Of a DNA stretch of 64,000 nt, positions 55,834-63,960 are shown in pieces. The notes beneath the pieces are model-generated. The model did not search any database. It worked only from the letters and a program-made list of their open reading frames with translations, and was not told the DNA's origin. The DNA is from Gemmatimonadota bacterium (GTDB lineage: Bacteria > Gemmatimonadota > Gemmatimonadetes > Gemmatimonadales > GWC2-71-9), in the NCBI GenBank assembly GCA_031402225.1, contig JANNSD010000040.1:27710-91709 (forward strand), in the 5' to 3' direction. The stretch's first letter is position 1. Each line of letters starts with the position of its first letter. Made by a program: the position numbers and the translations under genes.

Positions 55834-56349
55834 ATCGGGCTGGCCGGCGGCGTCAACCTGTATGCGTACGCGGGGAACAACCCCGTCGCGTTCAGCGATC
55901 CGTATGGACTCTGCCCGCAGGTGCCCCACCTTTGTGTCGTGGCGGCCGTGGCTGTGTTCAAGATCGCTTCCGCCGCCGCTCGGTCGCCTACTGGGCAACG
56001 AGTTGTCCAGCGTGGGTCGGAACTGGCGCGCAATCTTGCCCAATCGGGCGCCGTTCGCCAAGCCGGAGAAGCTGCGCACCACATCGTCGCGCAGACCGCG
56101 AAGGCTGCTCAACCAGCCAGAGACAAGCTCGCGGAAGTTGGCATCAAGATCAACGATGCAGTGAATGGTGTTATTCTGCCCGCCACGAGAGAGTATGTGG
56201 GTCAAGCAGTCAATCACCTGATAGTCCACACGCAGAAGTACTACAACGCCGTCAACGAGGCGCTGGCGAACGTGCAAGTCAAGGAAGAAGCGGTTGCGGC
56301 GCTCAAGGCGATCGGAGAGGCCCTCAAGGACGGATCGTTCACTCCGTGA
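55810..56349 (+). other. Orphan Rhs tip 1: AHH-type HNH/EndoVII nuclease toxin
   Basis: GILLTQDPIGLAGGVNLYAYAGNNPVAFSDPYGL, then EAAHHIVAQ (AHH at 56074..56082), INDAVNGVILP and HTQKYY, matching the AHH nuclease family pattern. Confidence 0.75.
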
Positions 56350-56888
56350 CCATCACAAGCATTTACAAGCTGGGCTACCAGCTAGATCGGGTGACCAGCT
56401 TCGCGCTGGTGGACCAAACCGCGGGTTTCTTCAACCAGTTCGACGGGCGCGCCCTCGCGTCGGCGTGGTCCCCGCCTCGCGTTCACCCGGCGGACACACC
56501 CGACGATGATGCGACCCTGGGGGATTGCACGGTTCTAGGCACGGTCCCGCTCTTGTCGCAGCGGGCTGCCGCGGTTCTCGACGAGTTCCTACGGGATTCC
56601 GCCGAGCTCCTGCCGGTGGTGTATCCGAGGGCACCGTACTTCGTGCTGAATGTCCTGGGAATGGCGGACTGCCTCCTAGAAGGGGCATCTGATCTTGAGC
56701 GGTTCCCAACCGGCCGCGTGATGCGGGTGCGGCGCTACGTGTTTGACCGGGCACGACTGCCGGGCACCGCGATCTTTCGAATACCCCAGCTGGCTCGGGC
56801 TCATATATTCGTGAGTGATGCTTTCCGGGTTGCTGTGCAAGCCGCAGCTCTCAATGGGTTTAATTTTGAGTTGGTGTGGACCGCTTGA
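56346..56888 (+). CDS. Putative immunity protein for the AHH tip (possibly Imm11/DUF1629-like)
   Basis: The GTG overlaps the toxin stop (GTGA). 180 aa. The family assignment comes from memory only. Confidence 0.55.
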   Translation: MTITSIYKLGYQLDRVTSFALVDQTAGFFNQFDGRALASAWSPPRVHPADTPDDDATLGDCTVLGTVPLLSQRAAAVLDEFLRDSAELLPVVYPRAPYFVLNVLGMADCLLEGASDLERFPTGRVMRVRRYVFDRARLPGTAIFRIPQLARAHIFVSDAFRVAVQAAALNGFNFELVWTA

Positions 56889-57038
56889 GCCGAAGGTCGA
56901 AGCCTAAGGCGCCCCTACCGTGTGTGAACAAGGCGCGCGCTCAAGAGCGAAGTACGACCTACCTTGCAAGAACGCAGCGGAAAGTAGGAAAGGCGCAATT
57001 GGCTTAGCAGGGCTGCTGGGTACGACAGCATCAATCTC

Positions 57039-57062
57039 GGGATCCTGCTGACCCAGGATCCC
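57039..57062 (+). repeat. 24-bp palindromic cassette-junction site (perfect)
   Basis: Read directly. Confidence 0.95.
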
Positions 57063-57626
57063 ATTGGGTTGGCTGGCGGCGTCAATCTGTACGCGTATGC
57101 GGGGAACAATCCCGTGAGCTTCAGCGACCCGTTTGGACTGTTCGAGTGCGTTCAACAGGGAAACTGCACACAAGGGGAAGTTGGGAAGGTCGGCGCAAGG
57201 AACAATAAGTCCCTTGCGGACATCCGTGCGGATATGAAGGCGGATGGCAGCGTCAATGAATTGCCCTATGTCATAGCGGCGGCGACCATTTCGGTGAGCG
57301 CTCCAACGACAGCGATGGGAAGGGTTGCGGCAGTACTCGTACCACGGGCAGGGACGGCACTTGGCCGCTTAGTTGGCAAGCCAAACCCTACAAAGCTGAA
57401 CCGAGCGGGGGATCAACAGCCTTTCAACGCCAGGAATGGGCAATACCTTGCTCCATCTGCGAATCCGGGGCTCAGGAATTCACCAGTCGGGGACTTTGGG
57501 ATTGGATTTGGACAGGGCTACGCGTCCGGAATTACGGGTGCGGTGGCGCCAGACGCAACTAGTGCTGCTATGGGTTGGGGGCAAACGGTTGGTCAGTTCG
57601 TGGGCGTCCTATTCGATGGAAACTAG
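57039..57626 (+). other. Orphan Rhs tip 2: unknown toxin with Gly-rich C-terminus
   Basis: GILLTQDPIGLAGGVNLYAYAGNNPVSFSDPFGL, then a ~150-aa tip ending GIGFGQGYASGITGAV...GWGQTVGQFVGVLFDGN. Confidence 0.7.
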
Positions 57627-57628
57627 AA

Positions 57629-58144
57629 ATGACTGCACCGATTCTCCTCGTATTGACCCTGGGCATTGCCTTCGCCGCGTTCTGGCAGCTCGGCAAGCGC
57701 CCCCACGCGCACAAAAATCTGCAGCCCGATGACGTCAAGCGGTTATTGGGTACGCTTCTGCGCAGGGGCTTCAATCAGGGATTTCTAGTGCTTGACGTAA
57801 AGCTTCGATCACAAAAGGGTCAAAGGCGGTTCATTCAGTTTACGAAGTACATTAGGAGAGGACAAGCAGGGCTTCAGTTTGACTTTCCCTTGGTGGATTG
57901 GTCGACCCCTTACTACGCGGAATTGCAGTCTGTTCTTAGGCGGGATGGCTTTTCGTTCGTTACGACGAGTACTGGTAGGACTGACACGCGAGAGTTCCTC
58001 ACGATTGATTTCGGCTCAAGCATTGATCGGGCATCACAACTCGCGAACGTGGCGATTGAGGTGTTGGTGCCTACGCAATCGGATAGGAATATCACTGGCT
58101 TTTTACACAATGTCAGTGCTCGCGACACGGAGGTAACTGCGTAG
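57629..58144 (+). CDS. Putative immunity protein 2 (N-terminal TM)
   Basis: ATG 2 nt after the toxin stop. MTAPILLVLTLGIAFAAFW forms the TM. Confidence 0.55.
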   Translation: MTAPILLVLTLGIAFAAFWQLGKRPHAHKNLQPDDVKRLLGTLLRRGFNQGFLVLDVKLRSQKGQRRFIQFTKYIRRGQAGLQFDFPLVDWSTPYYAELQSVLRRDGFSFVTTSTGRTDTREFLTIDFGSSIDRASQLANVAIEVLVPTQSDRNITGFLHNVSARDTEVTA

Positions 58145-58365
58145 TATGCCACGCAGGCGCTCCATCGCGAGTGCGCGGAGGGATGGAGGTTCGCCGTCGA
58201 ACGGTCCAGCGGGAGCTGTAGAGGGCCTACCGGCGCCGGCGCGCGGAGCTCATGGTCGATGGCTCCGCGGAAGACGTTACGCTGAAGGCCTGAACTGGAG
58301 GCTCAAGAACGAACGCGTAAGTCCGCTATCTCGGATCCCTCAACGGCGAGAAGTCGACTCTTTCT

Positions 58366-58389
58366 GGGATCTTGCTGACCCAGGATCCC
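58366..58389 (+). repeat. 24-bp cassette-junction site, one mismatch (GGGATCTTG CTGACC CAGGATCCC)
   Basis: Read directly. Confidence 0.9.
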
Positions 58390-58974
58390 ATCGGGCTGGC
58401 CGGCGGCGTCAATCTGTATGGGTATGTGGGGAACAACCCGATCGGATTCAGCGACCCTTATGGGCTGGCTCCTGAACACGGTTGCCCGCCGTGCCTGCCG
58501 CAAGGTGTAGAGGGTCTGGCAAATCTGTCACCGGGGGAGCTGCAGTCAGCACTTGAAAGATCCCTCGAGCCCCCGCTGTCGCATTCGTACGACGTAGACC
58601 TGAGTGTGACTGTGCCCGGTGGCAGTTTGTCTCTTTCTGATCCAAGCCACATGCGGACACAGATCGGTGGACTCGCTGGCGTGACGGTCGACTTCACGAT
58701 GACGGCCAACACGACGCCCGCTAACCCGGCCACTCTTGACCTCGGGACAGGGCTGTCTTTGGTCGCGGTGAGTCTCGGGAAGGGTGTCGCCAGTGTGCAC
58801 ATTGGCCCGAGCATTGGGTCCCCCCTTGGGGTGACCCTTCCGGGGACAACGGACATCAACACTCGAGCCCCCGCCTCCGGGACGATGCCGCGCGACGCCA
58901 CATCTGTGCGACAGGGATCTCCGGCAATAGGATACTCAGACTCAGTGGGACGGCTCCTCAGCGGCAGGCCGTAG
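58366..58974 (+). other. Orphan Rhs tip 3: unknown toxin
   Basis: ILLTQDPIGLAGGVNLYGYVGNNPIGFSDPYGL, then a ~165-aa tip with no family recognised. Confidence 0.7.
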
Positions 58975-58975
58975 C

Positions 58976-59374
58976 GTGTTGCAGCGCGAATGGCGACCGT
59001 GCACCTTGCTCGCGGCAGCGCTTGTTGTGGGTTGCTCAGACATCCGACACCTACGCCGCGCGGCCGAGGGTGTCGCCGCGGTCGTGCCGGCGCAGGAGGT
59101 GACTGCCACGCTGAAGGGACGGGGCCAGTTGGTCGTCACCATTGTCAACTCACCGTTGGGTCGTTCCCCTGATTCAGTCGTACGCAAGGTGTCCGAGGAG
59201 CTCGCGATTCAGGTTAGCTCGCAATACGACGGGGACGGACCGATTGCTTCGGTCACAATCTCCTTTCGAGAACGCGCCAGCGTTGGCCCCGTGGGCGCAC
59301 CCACTGGCGTTGCTTCCTATGTCTTCACTATGGCACCGATCGACACCCTAGCTGCGTACGACACGCGGAAATAG
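58976..59374 (+). CDS. Putative immunity lipoprotein 3
   Basis: GTG 1 nt after the toxin stop. Lipobox LVVGCS. Confidence 0.5.
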   Translation: MLQREWRPCTLLAAALVVGCSDIRHLRRAAEGVAAVVPAQEVTATLKGRGQLVVTIVNSPLGRSPDSVVRKVSEELAIQVSSQYDGDGPIASVTISFRERASVGPVGAPTGVASYVFTMAPIDTLAAYDTRK

Positions 59375-59384
59375 AGAGCAGGGC

Positions 59385-59630
59385 ATGCCACCCCATTCCG
59401 CCGCGAACATGTTGCGTGTGGCCCTTGCGGCGGTTGCCATCATTTCCTGGGGAGTTGCCCTCGTGCTGGCATTCCTCACAGCGGTGGGTCGATCGGGCGG
59501 GCCCAGGAGATGGTTCGTGCCGCTCTGGTCCAGTACCGGCCTGTCGGATCAAGGCCTGCGGCACCGTCGCCTGCATGTCCGGTGGGCCTGTGTTGGAACT
59601 CTTGCGGCCCTAGCGGCGGCGTTGGTATAG
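59385..59630 (+). CDS. Small two-TM membrane protein (second gene of cassette 3)
   Basis: 81 aa with two hydrophobic segments. The coding call is tentative. Confidence 0.35.
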   Translation: MPPHSAANMLRVALAAVAIISWGVALVLAFLTAVGRSGGPRRWFVPLWSSTGLSDQGLRHRRLHVRWACVGTLAALAAALV

Positions 59631-59690
59631 ACGCAGTGTTTGACCCCGATTGAACGGATACCGCTTTGCTCTGGGGGCCAACATTCTCCG

Positions 59691-59714
59691 GGGATCCTGC
59701 TGACCCAGGATCCC
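59691..59714 (+). repeat. 24-bp palindromic cassette-junction site (perfect)
   Basis: Read directly. Confidence 0.95.
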
Positions 59715-60236
59715 ATCGGGCTGGCCGGCGGGGTCAATCTGTATGCGTACGCGGGGAGCAACCCCGTTGCGTTTAGTGACCCCTTCGGCTTGCTCGCCGA
59801 CACGCTGCGATACAACGGAAAGACTCTGACTTTGAGTGCCGACGATGGGACGATAAAGTGGACCGGACGCGCTACGTCGGGACGACCTGGTGCCACCACG
59901 AATGACCAAGCCAAAGAGAACTTCGGCCCAATACCTGAAGGAACCTACGAGACGGGCAAGATTTTCAACGAGAAGGGGCTGAGGAAGGTCTTGTTCAAGA
60001 TTAAGACTCTTGGCGCTGACTACGGTGACTTCCGTACGCCACTCACGCCAACGAACAACTCGGACTCGAAGGGAAGGACAAGCTTCTGGCTGCATGGTGG
60101 ACAGAGGCCCGGATCGGTGGGGTGCATTGATGTTGGATATCGGGACAGGAGCTTGTTCACTCTGTTGAAGCAGGCGGACGGCCCCGTGCCACTCATCGTG
60201 ACATATCCATCAACTCAACTCCATCAGGCCCCATGA
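59691..60236 (+). other. Orphan Rhs tip 4: Tlde1/DUF2778-like (L,D-transpeptidase-fold) toxin
   Basis: GILLTQDPIGLAGGVNLYAYAGSNPVAFSDPFGL, then GPIPEGTY ... FWLHGGQRPGSVGCIDV. The H...S.GC catalytic pattern is that of YkuD/Tlde1-type domains. Confidence 0.6.
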
Positions 60237-60661
60237 GCCTACACGTTCCTCGTCCCGCATTGGTGGCGGGCTTCATCGCAACGCTATGCTATGGTGTACT
60301 CCATCAGCTATGGCTGAGGCAATGGCTTGCCCAGAATACCGGTCGGTTGCCTTCGGTTCCGAGTTGGCTACTCGTGGTTGCATTTTCCATCGTCTTCGTC
60401 GGTTCAGCCGCTGCTGCCGGTCTCGCTGGCGCGCACTGGAAACTGATTACGGCCTCGGTCGTTACTGCATCGGTAGTTTGCGGTCTAATGGTCGCAGCCG
60501 TCGCGAGCTGGGCGACATCGAGCACCGAGATCTACCGGGACGTGTCCCCGGCCCAGCAGCTCTTGGCAGTGAGTCCCTACATCCTAGGAGTGGCGATTTC
60601 CCTGGGATGCCTGGGCCTGTTCCCGGCTTGGCTTGCGCGAATCGTGGCCGGGCGCGCATGA
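60233..60661 (+). CDS. Putative immunity protein 4 (four-TM membrane protein)
   Basis: The ATG overlaps the toxin stop (ATGA). 142 aa, polytopic. Confidence 0.55.
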   Translation: MSLHVPRPALVAGFIATLCYGVLHQLWLRQWLAQNTGRLPSVPSWLLVVAFSIVFVGSAAAAGLAGAHWKLITASVVTASVVCGLMVAAVASWATSSTEIYRDVSPAQQLLAVSPYILGVAISLGCLGLFPAWLARIVAGRA

Positions 60662-60702
60662 CTGGTCTTGGCACGAACGCGTGAGCTAGCACGGGATGGT
60701 GA

Positions 60703-60738
60703 CGATCCTGCTGACCGAGGATCCTGCTGACCCCAGCG
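60703..60738 (+). repeat. Terminal degenerate junction sites without cargo: GATCCTG CTGACC GAGGATCCTG CTGACC CCAGCG
   Basis: Read directly. Two overlapping left-arm + spacer units are followed by unrelated sequence. Confidence 0.85.
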
Positions 60739-60846
60739 ACGTACAGGCCACTGGGAGAGCTGGGGCTCCACCCCGCGCTGAGGCTGCTTGCCAGTGAAGT
60801 GTATGTACGGTATTCTAGTCATGTACACACATTTCAGGGAGGTTGT

Positions 60847-61065
60847 GTGGCCAAGACGCGATCGCCCGCTAAAGGGGCCCGCAAGGTGCCCAAGACCTAC
60901 CGTCTGGCACCCGACAAGGTAGCCGCCGCCCAGCGCGTCCTGGGTGCAGCGACCGCGACCGAAACGATTGAGCAGGCGCTCGACCTCGTGGTGTTCCGCC
61001 AGGCCCTGATCGACGGCACGCGCAGCCTCTTCGGGCTCACGATCGACGCACCCGAGCATGGCTAG
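60847..61065 (+). CDS. vapB: VapB-type antitoxin
   Basis: GTG preceded by GGGAGG. TETIEQALDLVV motif typical of the VapB_antitoxin family. Confidence 0.65.
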   Translation: MAKTRSPAKGARKVPKTYRLAPDKVAAAQRVLGAATATETIEQALDLVVFRQALIDGTRSLFGLTIDAPEHG

Positions 61066-61531
61066 GGCGGACGCCGGCGCACGGAAGTACGCGCTCGATA
61101 CCAACCTGTTCATTCACGCCTTCCGCGACCCCGTCGCCCGGGAGGCGTTGCTGCGTTTCCACGCGGCGTTTGCCCCCTTCGAATACTTGAGCGTCGTCGT
61201 GGCGCAGGAGCTCCGGGCCGGCACCCGGCGTCCCGGCGACCGCGCCCGCCTGGAGCGGGAGCTGCTGGCGGTGTTCGAGCGCACCGGACGGGTGGTCACG
61301 CCCTCGCGTCAGGCATGGCACGATTCCGGGGATGTGCTCGCCGCGCTAGCGGCCAAGGAGGGGCTGGAGGCGGGGCGGGTCTCCAAGGCGTTCGGAAATG
61401 ATGTGCTTCTGGGGCTGTCCTGCCGCGAATCCGGGCTCACACTCGTGACGGATAACATCGCCGATTTTGAGAAGATCAGTCGAATTGTGCCGGTACCCTA
61501 CGTCGCTCCCTGGCCCGGAACCCTCACCTGA
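61058..61531 (+). CDS. vapC: PIN-domain toxin VapC
   Basis: YALDTNLFI, ...VAQEL..., GNDVLLG and LVTDNIADF acidic motifs. Overlaps vapB by 8 nt. Confidence 0.8.
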   Translation: MARADAGARKYALDTNLFIHAFRDPVAREALLRFHAAFAPFEYLSVVVAQELRAGTRRPGDRARLERELLAVFERTGRVVTPSRQAWHDSGDVLAALAAKEGLEAGRVSKAFGNDVLLGLSCRESGLTLVTDNIADFEKISRIVPVPYVAPWPGTLT

Positions 61532-61848
61532 CGCCCGCGCGAGGGACTCGTTGCGGCTCGGCTCCGGGGGCATGCGTCGTTTCGTGAGGGTGTAACGCTA
61601 GCGACGGCGAACACGTGGAGTTCGCGCGGCTCCGGCACGTTGCGCCGGTCGCGTTCCCTGTCCCCACTCATGAGAAGACGAGGGGCGGTATTGATCCTTG
61701 AAGCAGGTGATGACTGGTCGCGTAGAGCATGACCGAGTATCAGGCCAACCACCAGCGATACTGACCCAAAGCCGATGGCCGCGACCAATCCGCCGGGACG
61801 GCGAATCTCCAGGCAGCCCCTGGTCACCCTCACGCACGGAGCTCGAAC

Positions 61849-62061
61849 ATGACGCCGTCCGAACTCGTTTTCCTGGTGGACGAGGCGCCCGAAGTCGGCT
61901 ATGTGGCGCGGGCGCTCGGCGCCTCGATCGTCACGGAGGCCGACGATCTCCCCGCGCTGCGGACCCAAGTGCGCGACGCCGTGCGCTGTCACTTCGAGGC
62001 GCCGGCGATGCCGCCCGTCATCCGGCTCCACTTCGTGCGCGACGAGATTATTGCCGCGTGA
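61849..62061 (+). CDS. HicB-like (UPF0150) antitoxin-like protein
   Basis: 70 aa. ELVFLVDEAPEVGYVARALGASIVTEADDL resembles the N-terminal HicB fold. Confidence 0.45.
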   Translation: MTPSELVFLVDEAPEVGYVARALGASIVTEADDLPALRTQVRDAVRCHFEAPAMPPVIRLHFVRDEIIAA

Positions 62062-62210
62062 GCGGTGCCAACGCGCAGCTGCCCAAGCGACCGGCTACAG
62101 ACATGTCGTCACGCGGCAGACCGGCAGCCACATCCGACTCACGACACAGGAGCATGGCGAGCATTATCTGACGATCCCCGACCACACCACCCTCCGGGTC
62201 GGAAGAAGAA
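62051..62210 (+). pseudogene. HicA/YcfA-like toxin remnant
   Basis: The frame reads ...AQATGYRHVVTRQTGSHIRLTTQEHGEHYLTIPDHTTLRVG (the GSH...P.H...L..G pattern of HicA). Only a TTG start is available, and the frame then runs on into the convergent gene without the usual C-terminus. Confidence 0.35.
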
Positions 62211-62243
62211 GGCCAGCCGGCCCTGACATCGCGCGCGGAGCAG

Positions 62244-62858
62244 CTACCTCGGCGTCACCATCAGGTGCGCCCACGGCTCGCCAGGATACATCAGCCACGG
62301 CCGGCCTGAACCATCGGCCGAAGTGGAGAAACCGGACGACGCAACCGTCGCATACGGGATATACACGACATACCAGCGGGTGCCGTTGCCGCGAGGCAGG
62401 CCGGTAGCAGCGTCGATGCTGTCCTTGGGCGCCACCATGTTGTAGAGCGCCGCCGGGGTCGTCGGCATGCTCCAGCGACCGGCCTTGATGTCCGCCAGGC
62501 GAGCGCTGTCCACCTGCGCGTGCTTCAGCTTCAGCTTGTGCAGTTCCCTGCCCCGCGCCATGAACGGCTCGAGCGACTGCTGGTAGCAGGCCACCTGGAA
62601 GCGATCGGTGGCAGGATCATCGGCCAGGCAGATGAGTTCGTTGGTGCCCTTCCGGATCTCGACCAGTTCCCCGCCCTGCCACCCCAGCACGCGCGCACCG
62701 GCACGCATGGAATCGGGCGCCGGCAGGACGGCACCGGCCACCTGCTGCTCAACCGACGGGGCCTGGGCCCAGGCAGGAGCGGCGGCGATGACCGAAAAGA
62801 AAAACACCGCGCAGCCCCAGATACGGGACTGCGCGGTGCCATTCATGTGGTAGCTCAA
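62244..62858 (-). CDS. Secreted hypothetical protein
   Basis: Signal peptide ...VFFFSVIAAAPAWAQA and good GC3 bias. No family was recognised. Confidence 0.55.
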   Translation of the reverse strand: MSYHMNGTAQSRIWGCAVFFFSVIAAAPAWAQAPSVEQQVAGAVLPAPDSMRAGARVLGWQGGELVEIRKGTNELICLADDPATDRFQVACYQQSLEPFMARGRELHKLKLKHAQVDSARLADIKAGRWSMPTTPAALYNMVAPKDSIDAATGLPRGNGTRWYVVYIPYATVASSGFSTSADGSGRPWLMYPGEPWAHLMVTPR

Positions 62859-63748
62859 TCTTCGACGATGATGAGGTACCTCGACGCCGCCCAGAACTCA
62901 CTCGGCGACGTGATCGTCTGCGTACCGACGAGCTTGCCCTTGTTGTCCGGGCCCGGCTGGAGAAGGCTCGGGTCCTGCCGGGAGATGATCTTGTACTTCT
63001 TGCCCTCGGGCAGCGTGATGCTGCGATCGGTGCGGGCATCGAGCACCTGGAACGCCGCCGGGTTCAGGTCACGCGCCGGGACGGTCTGCCTGCCACCGAA
63101 CACCAGGAACTTCTTGCCTTCCTGGACGATGACACCCTTGGCGCGGAGCGAGTCCTTGGTGCCGAGGGCCAGGAACACCTGGTTGGCCTCGTTGCTGACG
63201 AGCGTGACGCTGTCGGCGAGCTGGCGGTTCTTGACGGTGACCGTCTCGACCTGGGCCCCGAGCTGCTCGATCTGGACCTTCTGGGCAACGATCGTGGTCT
63301 TCTGCTCCTCGATCGTGGTCTGCTGCGCCTCGATGTTGGTGCGCAGTTCCGCGATCTGCTTCTGGAAGTCGTCGATCTGCTTCAGGAGCCGCGCGTCCTT
63401 GCGCTCGAGGGAGCCGATGCGCGCCTTGGTGCGCTCGAGCTGTGCTTCGCTCTCGTTGAGGCGGGCCACCGCCTCACGGATCTTGCCCAGCAGGATCTGG
63501 CGGTCTTCGGCGGCGCTCGAGGCGGTGGTGCCCTCGCTCGTCGTGGTCGGGCTCACACCCAAGCCCCGGGCCTTGGCGAGCTCGCTGTTGACGTCGCTCA
63601 CGAGCTTGCTCGTCGCGAGGACTTCGCTCAACAGGCTGTCCTTCTCTGCTGCCAGAGAAGTGGCCTCACTCTGTGCCTTCTCCAGATCCTTCCGGCTGGC
63701 GCACCCAGCCGTCATGATGAGAAGGCCTGCCAGCATCAGCTTACGCAT
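62855..63748 (-). CDS. Coiled-coil lipoprotein
   Basis: Lipobox MRKLMLAGLLIMTAGC at 63748. A long heptad-like region (LERKDARLLKQIDDFQKQIAELRTNIEAQQTTIEEQKTTIVAQKVQIEQL) precedes a globular C-terminus. Confidence 0.6.
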   Translation of the reverse strand: MRKLMLAGLLIMTAGCASRKDLEKAQSEATSLAAEKDSLLSEVLATSKLVSDVNSELAKARGLGVSPTTTSEGTTASSAAEDRQILLGKIREAVARLNESEAQLERTKARIGSLERKDARLLKQIDDFQKQIAELRTNIEAQQTTIEEQKTTIVAQKVQIEQLGAQVETVTVKNRQLADSVTLVSNEANQVFLALGTKDSLRAKGVIVQEGKKFLVFGGRQTVPARDLNPAAFQVLDARTDRSITLPEGKKYKIISRQDPSLLQPGPDNKGKLVGTQTITSPSEFWAASRYLIIVED

Positions 63749-63960
63749 TCGATGATTCTCCGTTAACAGCGACTGTCCGCATCCCTTGAAGATTTCGATC
63801 CGAAGCCCGCGCGCCTGCGCGTCGACCTCGAATCCGGCGACCGCGCGCGGAGTTGGCGGCTGCCGAAGGCGAGCTAACACTAATCAGGGCAAGGCATTTG
63901 CGTAGTGCGCCAGATCACACTGGGCTCGTCCTTACCCGGGAGCGGTGATGTGCGTCACAG

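Noticed and set aside
55741-59714. Treating ORF-track starts of the orphan tips (55741, 57069, 58372, 59640, and 48043 on the - strand) as independent gene starts.
   Set aside because: The starts are TTG or fortuitous ATG codons with no RBS, and several lie inside or just before the junction palindrome. The products would lack any export or Rhs shell. They are better interpreted as silent cassettes.
45796-62243. tRNA gene or direct-repeat att sites bounding the accessory island.
   Set aside because: No tRNA-like T-arm or acceptor pattern and no long direct repeats were seen at either edge by eye. The island boundaries therefore remain approximate.
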